Shown here piece by piece: positions 23,715 through 36,345 of a stretch of DNA of 64,000 bases. The notes under the pieces are model-generated. The model made no database searches. It was not told where the DNA came from and saw only the letters and a program-made list of their open reading frames with translations. Numbering within the stretch: the stretch's first letter is position 1; each line of letters begins with the position of its first letter. Made by a program: the position numbers and the translations under genes. The stretch comes from Eledone cirrhosa (Eukaryota), in NCBI GenBank assembly GCA_964016885.1, contig OZ024740.1, forward strand, positions 108,190,001 to 108,254,000. The letters run 5' to 3'.

Positions 23715-23995
23715 TGGCTTGGTTTCCATGGCAGGATACCTTTCCTAATGCCAACCACTTTACAGCATGAACTGGGAGCATGGTTTCTATGGCTGGATAC
23801 CCTTCCCAACACCAACCACTTTACTGCATGTACTGGGAGCATGGTTTCTACAGCTGGATACCCTTTCTTATATCCAACAATTTACAGCATGTACTGCAAG
23901 CATGGTTTCTATGGCTGGATGCCCTTCCTAACACCAACCATTTTACAGAGTGTACTGGGATCATGATTTCAATGGTTGGATGCCATTCCTAACAC
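23715..23995 (-). repeat. About 59-bp tandem repeat (about 5 units) derived from the RTE/SINE 3' stem-loop module
   Basis: Unit approximately ATGGTTTCTATGGCTGGATGCCCTTCCTAACACCAACCACTTTACAGCATGTACTGGGAGC. Confidence 0.85.
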
Positions 23996-25821
23996 CCTAA
24001 TATATACTTTTAAAAAACTCTTAGATGAGCTCAAAAAGAGCTTTTCAAGATAACATTTATTAGAAATATTGTAACAAATACAATCTTAATAAGGAGTAAT
24101 TTAAAATTTTACTTAATCCCTCCAAATTCTTCATTAATTCAGATAGTGTCTTTTATTAGGAACATGGTTATGAAAAGGTTCAAATGTGCTGGTTGGCTAG
24201 TTTAAATAAATATTAAGGCATTTAATTTGATGCAAGGGAAGTGCACCCCTGCCTTTGGACTGGTACTTTATTGATCAACCCCAAACAGATGAAAAGTAAA
24301 ACTGACCTTGGAATGCAAAGAGCCATAACAAATATCAAGGCATTTTATCTAACACAAAACAGGTGTCGGTGTTCTGTTGTTACCTTTCACACCATACTAA
24401 GTGTCTAGTATGGTACAGACTAGACTGGTTATCTGGGATATTTTAATTGTGCATTACCCACAATAGGGCTGATTATAGTTTTGTCTAATCAGATGATTGT
24501 AGCTATACCTCACAAGCAACACTGTTTCCTCTAAAGCCCCCAAATCTTCTAACTCTGATTTAGTAGCTTACATTATCTTCTCTCTACTTCTATTACAACT
24601 AAAATAGATTCTGTTATTCTAAACATGTCACTGTCCCATATTCATCACAACTTACTCTTTACATCTAGCTCTGAGCTCTGCCACGCACACACCAAATATT
24701 ACATTCTCTCTACTTCAAGCCCTAATATCCTCCCTTCTTCAAGTACCATAGCAGCCACACCACCTTTATAATGGCTGCCTACCTTTACCAACATTTCTTA
24801 CATAATCTTCTTGGACACAAAAAAAAAGAAGTTACATATTCTAAAATAAAATTAATCCTATTAATATTTACGGTTTTCAAATAATTTTGAAAAAATTAAT
24901 TTGAAAGGATTTAGCAATATAACTAACCCTCGTTATTATGCTGGTGTTTGGAACATAATAAAGGTTCTTACATAAAATTATGATATTAGATAAATATATA
25001 CACTTTAAAAAATAAACAGCTTTATATTTTAGAATCAGGGGTGGTTTTAGTTGGTTTGATACCAAAGGATTAAATTATGAAATGATTACATTGAAAATAC
25101 TTTTTAAATGCTTGTTATTTGAATATCTCATCACATGGGTTTTATACCTTGTGGCAGTAGGGATTTAAATAATTTTTCTTTATATTTCCTTGTGTCTCAT
25201 GATAACTGACAGCTTAAATATGAATGCCATAAACAGAAATATACAAAACTTTTGCAATCAGAAACCTCATAATTCAAGATGCAAATAATAAACCTCAAGC
25301 CAGAAATATTGATTAGGGTTTCTTTTGAATTTGCAATTGGAAACAATACTACTACAACAACAAAGATATAGTCCCTACCAGCATGAGAAGCAAATATATG
25401 ATGTTGATGATGGTCTCAATTTTATATAAATGGCCCCAGTATTTTGACTATTCGAAAGTTACCAAGAAATGCACATCAAAACATTCACCCATATGCACAC
25501 ATCAAACATTTTCCATTTTGCCCTATCATCTGCATCATTGGCTTTCAGTTTCTCCGCCAGTATTTTTAGCCATGTCTTTCTTGGACATGCTCATTCATTT
25601 CCATCACTTCTCTCAAACAGTCACTCTTCCTAAACATGAAGCAACCATCTTGATACATTTCTCTTCACAACATCTGAAATTGATTGTTTGCTTTTCTCTG
25701 GGTGATACTTTTGAAAGCCAATCAGATGAATGCCCCCTCACACCCACAAAGCCTAAACAAAGCATGTCATGCTAACAGATGAAGAATTAGCTAAATCACC
25801 TTCAAATCACACACTACCATC

Positions 25822-25974
25822 TTAACCTTTTCATTACCACATTTCTAATGGAAGACTGTTTATGATTTTCAAACATTAGTAAATGCTCTTACATAAGATT
25901 ATGATGGAAGGTTTGGGGATAAATAGAAACATAAAACGAACATAACTGATCAGTTTAATATCAAAAGGGTTAAA
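25822..25974. mobile_element. piggyBac-type MITE (representative of a family with many copies in the window)
   Basis: TTAACCTTTT...AAAAGGGTTAA ends. Related copies at about 14440-14655, 15010-15232, 22892-23060, 24880-25072, 26343-26570, 31735-31930, 50040-50266, 51027-51403 and 59573-59783. Confidence 0.6.
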
Positions 25975-26699
25975 AAAGAAAGGACATATTAGATAATGTT
26001 GTCATAGATACAGCATGTTTCAAAAGACAGATGGCAATGGCTAAAATATCTTTGATCAAATGCTGGTTTGAGTAGGAGTGACTTCATACATAACACTTTT
26101 GATACCAAACTATTCTAAAATGTTTATATTTATCCAAAACGCATTGATCAAAATTTTATGAAAGGACTTTTAAGTTATGCTCCAAACACCAGCTTAAAAA
26201 TAACAAAGTCAGTTATATTAATAAATAATTCCAAAGGGTCAATGAAATAGGAAAACCATCAATTGAAACATTTGCATTCATAATTCTTACAATCCATCCA
26301 ACACTTGCTAGCAGAAATAGATATAAAGCAAAACACTTTTGCTTTAACCCTTTTGATACTAAATCGTCTGAAACCACACCTGGTTGTTTTTAAGCATTTA
26401 TGTACAAATCTTCAATCATAATTATATGTAAGAAACTTGGCTTTGTTATACACCAAAACCCAGTTCAATAATGAGAAAGTTAATTACATTATGAAATCCT
26501 TCCAAATACATCATTATTTTCAAAACAAATGAAAATCATAAGTAATGTCTATTTAGAAATATTGTAATGAATTTAATTTTGAATGTATAATTTTTTATCC
26601 AATTGGCAGAGTGCAGGAAGTGTGGGTGTGTACTGATGGCATATAATGATAGGGGGTGGTAGCCAAAAAAGGTTTTGAAAATGCTAATTTACATCATTG

Positions 26700-26945
26700 T
26701 TGGCATGGCAATGTGGTTAAGAAGTTCACTTCACGACCAAGAGGTTCTGGGTTCAGTCCTGCTGCGTAACACATTACTACTATAGCCTCGAATTGGCCAA
26801 TGCCTTGTGAGTAGAATTAGGTACACAGAAACTCAGTAGCCCATCGTATGTGTGTCCATATCTGTGTTTATATATATGGCTGATTGTTTATGTCCCATAA
26901 CTTAGTACTTCGACAAAAAAAGATTGATAAAATAAGTACCAGACT
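26700..26945 (+). mobile_element. Older tRNA-derived SINE of a different family
   Basis: A-box-like TGGCAATGTGG and B-box-like GGGTTCAGTCC, followed by a dispersed-repeat body. Confidence 0.6.
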
Positions 26946-27749
26946 TATAATCTCTCTCTTTATATATATGTGTGTATACCCCCCCCCCCTCCCATAAATT
27001 AGTGATTTGACAAAATAAACACCAGATTTGGAAAAAAATTAATACTGGTCTACCCCAGAAACAAGAAATTATCTCTGAAGATGTCTATCAGATTAATTTC
27101 AATTGATTAAGTGAGATTTATAAATTATTTCAAAAATAATAATAAAAAAAAAAATCTTTGTATCTGAAAGAGAAATATAGCCTATTAGATATGGCTGGAT
27201 TTTACATGCAAACACTCATGTACTAACAGCATGGAAGTAGCAGTAATAGCCTATAGAATAGATGTTTGATGGAAAGTTCTAGATGCTTTCATACCAAGTC
27301 TACTAACTAATAGAGCTCTTTGTTTGACCTGTAATAGAATAAGCTTTCTACCAGTCGTCATCATTTAACACCTACCGTACTTTCCACACTAGCATGGGTT
27401 AGATGGGTTGTCCCATTTGAGGCAAGTTGAGCCAGGTGACCATGTCTTGCTCATATGGAACTAATAACATTAACAATAATTAAGGCCTAACTAATGATAA
27501 TGAAACAACAATATATGAGTCAGATCTCTATGCCATGGTTGTGTGTGTGCATGTGCACGCACACACACACACAGATAGAAAACCCCAGCAAAGATGAAAT
27601 TAAATTATTTTATTTCTTACAGTTGTTTCAGCAAATAAACTCACTTGCTACTATAACCATCATATATATACACACATGTATTTGTATCTATTTAGTATTG
27701 ATGGCCACAAGTAATAAATACCATAGAAGAGATAATTATGGTTTAAGAT

Positions 27750-27804
27750 TGTCTTGCCTGATGACCCTGTGACAACACAGGTGAAACTCTAGAGTAACAA
27801 GACA
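27750..27804 (+). ncRNA. Type I hammerhead ribozyme motif with palindromic stem III
   Basis: TGTCTTGC-CTGATGA-CCCTGTG-ACAA-CACAGGT-GAA-ACTCTAGAGT-A-ACAAGACA, GUA cleavage triplet 27794-27796. Confidence 0.8.
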
Positions 27805-28712
27805 CAAATGTGGTTTAAGTTTATAGAAATTATATAAGTTTATTCATTTTGATATGGTCCACCTTGTAAGGTGATCATTTTGGTGCCAATAAAAAGCACC
27901 CAGTCCATGTGGTTGGCAATCAGTCGTAGAAACCAAACCAGAAACAGTCACCTTACTGACTTGTCTTACAACAAGACAACTCATCTAACCCATGCTAGCA
28001 TGGAAAATAGACAAATGATGATGACTAGAGCAATATTTACGACTTTAGAGAAAATTATAAAATGAGTGTCATAATAACAGAAATGTTATAACAGTAAATC
28101 ATTATAGCAACAACAACAATCTCAGTGTACATAGCAAATATACCATTAAGAGAAACAGAGTTCAATGTATTAAATATAAGCACAACATAAAAAAGAAGAA
28201 AAATGAAGAAAAAGACCTATAAACAATTTTAAAGGGTGAAAAAAAAAATGTGGTGAGGATTAAGATATATTAGAAAATATAATTAAAATTTCGAGAATAT
28301 CAGAGAAATTCATTAAAGTATAAACATAGCTAATGTACAGAAAGTTTAACTTTATGTTACTCAAAGAAGATGGAATATTAAACAGTTTTAAAGATTATAG
28401 AAATATCATATTATAGATTATTTATTGGTAACAGATTATCATGTATTAATACAAAGAAAATATAATTTTTATGTGAATTGAAAGAATAAAATCTAGGCTT
28501 ACTGTTTCATTTTATAATTTACTCAGTTAATAACCAAGTACAATGTAAGAATATGTTTTTCAATATTTGTTTAGTATGGATAGAATAATTAATAGGTATA
28601 TAAAGGGGATTTAATTATAGAGAATTTAAATTTCCAAATTAACCTAAGAAAAGTAATTTTATTTATGTTGGATCAAACTAGTCTTGATAAAGTATGGAGA
28701 ATCTTATGGGCA

Positions 28713-29578
28713 CATCATCATCATCACCGTTTTACGTCCGTTCTTTCACGCTAGCATGGGTTAGACGGGTTGTCCTGTTGTGGGCAGTGTCTGGTCGGCT
28801 GACCATGCGTTGTTCATACAGGAACTGATTTGGCTTGATTTCTACAGCTGGATGCCCTTCCTAACACCAACCTCATTTACAGTGAGTGCTGGGTGCTTTT
28901 TCGTGGCGCCTACACGTCCACTTTACAGTGTGGGCTGGGTGCTTTTTTGCCGTGGCTCCTCCACGGCCACCTTGCGGTGGGGGGGCATATTGTCTATATG
29001 CTTCAGCTTGTACCCATGGGAGGTCGGGTACTCTGTATTACTGCGTGACGCCAGAAGTCACGGTCGTGTGTCATTGCCTTTGAGAGGTGTAGTTGGGTAA
29101 GGTCGGCTTTTATCACCTCATCCCAGGTCATCTTGGGTCTCCCCACTCCGCGGTTTCCATCAACTTCTAGTGTTCTGCACCTTTTTATGCAGCTGTCATC
29201 CTTCATACGCATTACATGTCCATACCAGCGCAACCGCCTCTCCTGCACACAGCATTTGATACCTCTTATGCTCAGTCTCTCTCTCAATTCATTTATGCTT
29301 TGTCGTTCACGTATGTTACTGTTACACATCCATCGGAGCATGCAGGCTTCGTTTCTCTCTAATCTACATAAGTCTTCCACCTTCAGCGCCCAGGTCTCAC
29401 TACCATGCAACATTCCTGTTCGGATACACGCATCATACAGTCTGCCTTTCATTCTGAGGGAGAAGCCTTTTGCAGCTAGCAATGGTAGTAGTTCCCTAAA
29501 CTTCTTCCATCCCGTTCTTACCCTAGTTATTGTACTTTCTGAACACCCACCTCCGCTGCTAATTCGGTCACCTAGGTC
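28713..29578 (-). mobile_element. 5'-truncated RTE LINE
   Basis: ORF 29003-29710 from LGDRISSGGG to STRPPMGTS. The 3' UTR matches 3500-3793. Confidence 0.93.
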
Positions 29579-29971
29579 ACAGTATATAATTTCTTGTCTA
29601 CATACACATACACTGTGGTGTGCTATTAAGGAGAGGAGTGTCACTGAAGTTGAAGGGAAAGATGAATGCTCCGTATCTATGAAGTACCCTGCTTTATGAT
29701 AAGGAAACATGGGTGACTGTGGAACAGCAGAGAAAATTGGAAAGAGTAGAAATAAGAATGGTTTGGTGGATAAGTAGTATCAATGAATTGCAGAACCAGT
29801 GATGAATAATGTGAAGAGAAATGGAATGAGATATGGAAATAAACGTGGATGTAGAGAAAGGGAAAGACCAAGGAAGATATAAAGATGATGAAGGAAGAAA
29901 GGAAAGCCAGGGTTTAATGAGTGGGGATGCAGATGATATGGAAAAGTGGAGAATAATTGCATCATCATCAA

Positions 29972-30022
29972 TCTTGTCTGATGACCTTGTGAGTACAGAG
30001 GAGAAACTCCAGAGTAACAAAA
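29972..30022 (+). ncRNA. Second copy of the 27750 hammerhead family (more decayed)
   Basis: TCTTGT-CTGATGA-CCTTGTG-AGTA-CAGAGGA-GAA-ACTCCAGAGT-A-ACAA, followed by AATAAA. Confidence 0.7.
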
Positions 30023-30099
30023 CCCAAACTTGGGCTTAATAAAGAAAACATTAATCTGTACTATGGTATTGAGCATTCATTATCACAACCATGTGTATG

Positions 30100-30158
<59 letters not shown>

Positions 30159-30337
30159 GCAAACATGGAAATACGGATGTAAAAACGATGATGATGATTT
30201 TATATATATATATACAAATACATATACATGAGTATTCTGCTTAGTCAGGACAGGACTTATTATTTACCTTAGAATTCCATGTAGAGCTGATGTGAATGCT
30301 CAATTGATACAGAATGCCACCCTCAAACTAGAGTCAA

Positions 30338-30626
30338 ATACAATGTTGAACAATGAAAGAATAAGGAAACAAAGTTACATAGTTATTAATCCACTGTTTT
30401 ACAATCATTTCAGCTAAACAGACAAGAATGTGCAGGTTATTTAATGGTGTAAATGTAAATCCATACCACCAGCCTCGAAAAGACATAGGATGTGCTTTTT
30501 GAGGTTGGTGGTATGGATTTACCGTTACACCATCAAATATTGTGTGCATTTTTGTCTGTTTAGCTGAAATGATTGTAAAACAGCGGATTAATAACTTATC
30601 ATTTTTTCACTGTTCAACATTATGTA
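30338..30626. repeat. About 290-bp fold-back element
   Basis: Arms such as GTTTTACAATCATTTCAGCTAAACAGACAA / TTGTCTGTTTAGCTGAAATGATTGTAAAAC with a very small central loop near 30488. Confidence 0.9.
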
Positions 30627-32927
30627 TCATCATTTTACGTCTGCTTTCCACACTGGCCTTGCTTGTTACGATCCATATGCCAAATACCTTACAGGGTCTA
30701 CTGGATGTTTTTCAGGATACCAACACTAACACACTTTACAGGGTGAACTGAGTGTATTTTAACATCACATATCTATATATAGTGAAGGCAATAATTACGG
30801 TGTTGGACTCACACCCAGAAAGTCATGAGTTCGATTTCTGGATTGAGTTTTTTTTTTAACAAAATGCTTAATTTCACTTTGATTTTTGCAAAAGCATTGA
30901 GACCCCTATCATTATAACACCTAATAAACCACCCACGAGATACAATTTTGTAAGCAGACAGCTACACCTGAAATAGGTAGATGTAAATTTAACCTTTTCC
31001 TTCATATATACATAATTACTTCTACAACTGCTTTTCCATGCTTGCATGGGTTAGACAAAACATTTTTGAGGCAATTTTCTTTACAACTGTATAAACCAAT
31101 GTGTCCAATACAGGGAACTACTAAACATAGCTTTTTTTTTGTCATAAAATCTTGACACACAAAAGCAATCATTTTCTTCAGATATTCTTAAAGAAGGATA
31201 ACAAAACAGCATACCATTTTTTTTTTTTGTTCAATTCATCCTGAAAACTTGATTTTAATGATAAAGTTAAAAAGTTAACGTATGTCTCGAGCCTGCAGGC
31301 TCATCGAGCCAGTACTCATCCCAGTTTCCATGGCGTGAAGCGACTGAGAGTATAAGGCAGTGCCCAGTCGGCTGACCTTGTCTTGCTCATACGGGAACTG
31401 ATTCTGGCTTGATTTCTACAGTTGGATGCCCTTCCTAACACCAACCTCATTTACAGTGAGTGCTGGGTGCTTTTTTTTTTAGGTTTAAAATGCCCAAGTT
31501 TACACCCCTATAATTAATTTAGGAGCTGCAGGATCAGTGATCAGGATTTTAAATATACATTTTTTTCTCGTTGAAAATTTCAGTAAATTAGTAAAATAAA
31601 TTCGATTTGTAGCTATCAAAGTTATTATTGATGAAACACTAGAAAGTTCCCCAAAGTTCAAACTAGGCATCAACTAAAAAAAATAATAATAATTCTTTAA
31701 CATTTAACCCAATGTACTGTTACTATTTGATGACACTGATATCAACTTACCTGAAACCACCCCTGGTTCTACTTGATTACTTTAAAGTGTTTATATTTAT
31801 CTAAAAGCCTTCCATCATAATTTTATGCAAGAAACTTGTTATGAGAAAGGTAGTTACATTATTATATCCCTCCAAATGCTTGGTTATTTTCAAATTAATA
31901 GGCAGTATTTCTTTAGAAATACAGTAACAAAAGGGAAGGAAACTTCAAATTAATCTCCAAAATATAATTGAGCAGAGAATCAACGAGAGAGAGGAAGACA
32001 AACAATGAATTGTAGAGGATGATGTTAATAGAGCCAGTGATTACTGCTGTGAAGAGGTGGAATGAGATGGTTGGGTCATGTGTTGAGGAAGGATGAAGGG
32101 AATAATAGAAATGAATGTAGAAGGAAATAGAGGAAGGGGAAGACCACAAAAAAAATCATGGCTAAAGATAATGGAGGAAGAAATAAAAGCCAATGATTGG
32201 TGAGGGGGTGTAGATGATAGGACAAAATGGAGAGGCTTATCATGCTGCAGCAGGAAAAATGGCTTTAAAATGCTTGTTTTTCTATATTCCTATTATGTTT
32301 TCTTTTTCTTGTTAGCATAAGAGGGATTGTGCTGTTTGGAAAATTGTCTTAATACTGCTAAATCCTAACAAGTAGTAGTAATAGTACCTATTCTCAGTTA
32401 GGTAGACATCTGAAGTTCAGTTTGAATTCATAAACATGAGGTGAGAAGTTCATTGATATTTCAATAAACACCAATCAAAACTGAAAATATTTTGAAATAT
32501 TAACACACCATTATCGTTTAACCTTCGCTTTCCCTGCTAGCAAGGGTTGGATAGGTGTACATAGACCAAGTCAGTACTGAAGCAGGGCTACTAACCTCCC
32601 AAACAAACCAGGGATCTACATGTTGCTTATGTATGGTCTCATATTCTTCTAAGTGAACAGGACAGGTTGTCAATGGTTTCTTAAACACACCTAAAGTTAA
32701 TTTTGATAATAATGAAGCATTTGGAAGGGTTTTTTAATGTAACTAACTTTTTCATAAATAGGTTGGTTTTTTTAATATAAAGGTTTTATCATAGAAACGA
32801 GTAGCCATAGACAGTTTAGTATTTTTAAAAATTAACCTGTATAAAAAAGGAACAAGAAAATTCCAATCATGGTGCTAAAAAATGGCCCCAATTGGAAAAG
32901 TGAAAAATAGAAATTATCACTAGTAAA

Positions 32928-33266
32928 TGGAGGCACATGGCTTAGTGGTTAGAGCATTGGCCTTGCAATCGAAAGGTTGTGAGTTCAATTCTCAGACCGG
33001 GTAATGTGTTGTTTCCTTGAGCAAGACACTTTATTTCACATTGCTCCAGTTTACTCAGCTGTAGAAATGAGATAATAGGGACTAGGGTCCCTATCATTCC
33101 ACTGCAAAGTGGTCGTGGAGGTGCTACGGCAAAAAAGCACCCAGCACTCACTGTAAATGAGGTTGGTGTTAGGAAGGGCATCCAGCTGTAGAAATCAAGC
33201 CAGAATCAGTTCCCGTCCCACTCTTGCAAGCAGGGAAAAGCGGACGTAAAAATGAAATAATGAAAT
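32928..33266 (+). mobile_element. CORE-type SINE copy
   Basis: Same family as 7858-8194. Confidence 0.9.
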
Positions 33267-35120
33267 AAATATAGATTTTTAAATCTTCAAAATATTTAAA
33301 AATTCCAAATCAAGTGTGTGTGTGTGTGTGTACATATATAAGCATGTGTATATCCTATAAACACTGTCCAGCAGGAAAATATGAGATGATGCTGAGAAGG
33401 GCATCTGGTTGTAGAAAACCTGCCACAGAAAGTCTCATCCAACCAACACAAGCATAGAAAAAGCAGACATAAAAACAACGCCAATAATGATAGAAAATAT
33501 GGATGACTCTTCAACATCACTTGGAAGAGCTACGCTGCCAAAAGAGAACTTTATGATAGCTTGCCAAAATTAACCCAAAAGATGGCCGAGAAAAGATTAC
33601 AAATGGCATGTCACTGTTCAAGGTCTCCAGAAGAAATACAAGGTTTGCCAAAAGTAAGGGTGCAGCTTTTTTTATTTATATATTAGATGTACATGAAATT
33701 ACAAGTTAACTCCTTCAAACCCTTGGGAAGTCACACAGTGGTCCCAACATTTTTTTCCATTAATTTCCTCAGCTTGTAGGTTACAATTTTTTGTATGTTT
33801 TCCAGTCCCAACATGATCCTTCAACTTCGATTTCAAATCGAAGGATGTGCAAGAGTGGGAATGTGTTTCTTTGCCAGAAATCTCTAATTGAAAGTGTTGT
33901 GTTGTATAAAAGACCCAGAAGTCAAGAAAACTAGTGATGAGCTAGATCTGCAAAAATTGTATGAATTGGTAAAGCGTGAAATGTTTTAAAGTTCATATGT
34001 TGTGAGAAGTGTTTCAGTCATTTATTCTGTGGAGAGGGAAGTTTTTCTTTGTCTTGGTTCACAAATGAAAAACAAAGAAAAACGTTCTTTACCCAACAGC
34101 ATACAAGCTAAAGCAAAAACACTAATATATATATATATAGTGTCTGAGAGTAAATTTAGCCAAAACTAAAATGCTAGTAAGAAAGATAGGACCCTGATCC
34201 CTCCAGGGAAGTGGCCCTGCTCAATAAATAGAAAAGGAGTAAGCATAAATTATATACGATGTAAACAATATAAATCTTGGGTACACAAGAGATGTAGTGG
34301 GATAACAGGTAGATTAACAGGAAAGGAATGTTTTGTATGTAGGCATGTTAGTGTGGTACAGTACCGAATCTCCTGCAATAACCTTTCAGTATAACTGAAC
34401 CTATTTTCGAAGTTGTTCCAAGACATCATTATAGAAGGGGCAATTAACTGTCTGCCCTAGAGGTAAAAAATGATAATCATCATTTTCCTTGGATCTCCTC
34501 ATGCATGCTTTCTTTGAATAAGAATTTTTCTTGTGCCACTCCTCACTTTGCTGTTTTGTCTCTGGATCATACTAGAACACTTATGATTCATCTCCTGTTA
34601 TTACTTTATCCAAGAAATTCCATAAGGTTCGTCTTCAACATTTTCTTGGCCCTCTTTGAAAGCTTTGAGCCACTTAAAAAACCTTACTTCTTGATGAATT
34701 GGCATTTCCATGTTAAAGAATTAAATGTTTCAGTGGCAAATTTGTTGAGTTTTACACAAAATTTGATATTTTCCTGCATCACAAATGTAACAGAGGTTAT
34801 TACACATCTGTACATAAACAGCAATACCCCAACCCTGACTCAATCGATCATGTTGAAACAAGTATGTACATGTAGCCAAGGTCATCACCAACATGCCTTT
34901 ATACACCAATGACGTGCTGTGTACATAGGAAAATCAGTACTCTTGCTTTTGGGAGAAATCTTGTGCTATGATAGTCATCAGAGGAACAGATTCATCATGG
35001 GAGATAACCCACTAACTTCATTAATAAACTTCAAAATGATATCAGACTGTATATGGAATACAAAGTGATAGTGAATCAAGACATCTTTAATAGCTAGACT
35101 TCCTGATATATATATATATA

Positions 35121-35362
35121 TATATTAAGAGCAAAATGAGGTTTCATATTAACGTTCATTAAGCCAGAATCAGTTCCCGTCCCACCCTTGCAAGCAGGGA
35201 AAAGTGGACGTAAAAATGATGATGATGATTGATTATGCACAATTACGACCGTTTCACAGACGGGTGGCGCAGGATCCTGCGCCACTCATCTGTGAAATGG
35301 TCATAAATGTGCATAATCAATAAAGACTTTAATGTGAAACCTTTTTTTGTTCTTAATATATA
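35121..35362. repeat. Fold-back element centred on CAGGATCCTG, interrupted by a SINE 3' end (35161-35229)
   Basis: TTGATTATGCAC...GTGGCGCAGGATCCTGCGCCAC...GTGCATAATCAA plus outer arms. Confidence 0.88.
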
Positions 35363-35486
35363 CACTCTGCCTTAGCATAGAGTGCTGATTTTGGTACCTT
35401 CCTCAGTAATCCAGGAATCTACTGAACCATTTAATATATCGTCATAATTATATATCATAACATTTCTGGCATAACAAATTATGTGA

Positions 35487-36345
35487 GATCATCATCATCA
35501 ATTTTACACCTGCTTTTCCACACTTACATGGATTGGACAGGTCTTTCACAGCACAGATCTTCTCCACTTACTGTGTTTCTTTGTCATTTCCAGTGAGTCT
35601 CAGCAATTTCAGGTCAGCTCTCACTATCTCTGCCCAGGTCTTTCTTGGTCTACCTCTACTGCAACTTCCTTCACTGGCATTTCCTGGAACTTTTTTACCC
35701 ATCAATCAATCATCATCCATACACATCACGTCTGTAATAAAGCAGTCTTCCCTCCTGCACACCACCTTGGATTCGTCTTAAACCCAGTTACTCCCTCAGT
35801 TCATCCAGGCTTAGGTCTTTCTCACATTTACATTACACATCCATTGGAGCATGGCTGCTTCATTTCTCTCCAGTCTATGCATGTCTTCTGCAGTCACTGC
35901 CATGCAGCATTGTACTTCACACACGGGCGTCATACAGTTGTTGTTTTGTACATAGGGAAAAACCTTTTGTTGTCAACAATGGGAGCAGCTCTCTAAACAT
36001 TTTCCATCCTGTCCTTACTCTAGCTATTATGCTCTCAGAGTACCCTTCTCTGCTACTAATTAATTCACCTAGATAGCAGAAGCTATCAACCACTTCTATG
36101 GACCCTTCCTGTGACTTGAAAAGGTTTATATCACTGACGCTCTTCCCTTCGATTGCCCCTGTGCATCTACATACAAAATGTTCCTTTCCTGTTAGTCTAC
36201 CTGTTATCCCACTACATCTCTTGTGTACCCAAGATTTATATTGTTTACATCGTATATAATTTATGCTTACTCCTTTTCTATTTATTGAGCAGGGCCACTT
36301 CTTACTCACTAGCATTTTAGTTTTGGCTAAATTTACTCTCAGAGA
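35487..36345 (-). mobile_element. Degenerate RTE 3' half
   Basis: WPCS...WVHKRCSGITG...FCYLG...RTGWKMFRELLPLL. Confidence 0.88.

Noticed and set aside
23715-23995. CRISPR-like periodic array
   Set aside because: These are tandem units without unique spacers, in a eukaryotic context with no cas genes.
7872-33181. Recurrent 79-aa ORF MPFLTPTSFTVSAGCFF... in five places
   Set aside because: It is the antisense reading of a young SINE. The identity reflects copy age, not coding constraint.
35360-35410. Minus-strand CTGAGGA-AGGTACC-AAAA hammerhead-like text
   Set aside because: GAAA is missing and stems I and III do not close properly.
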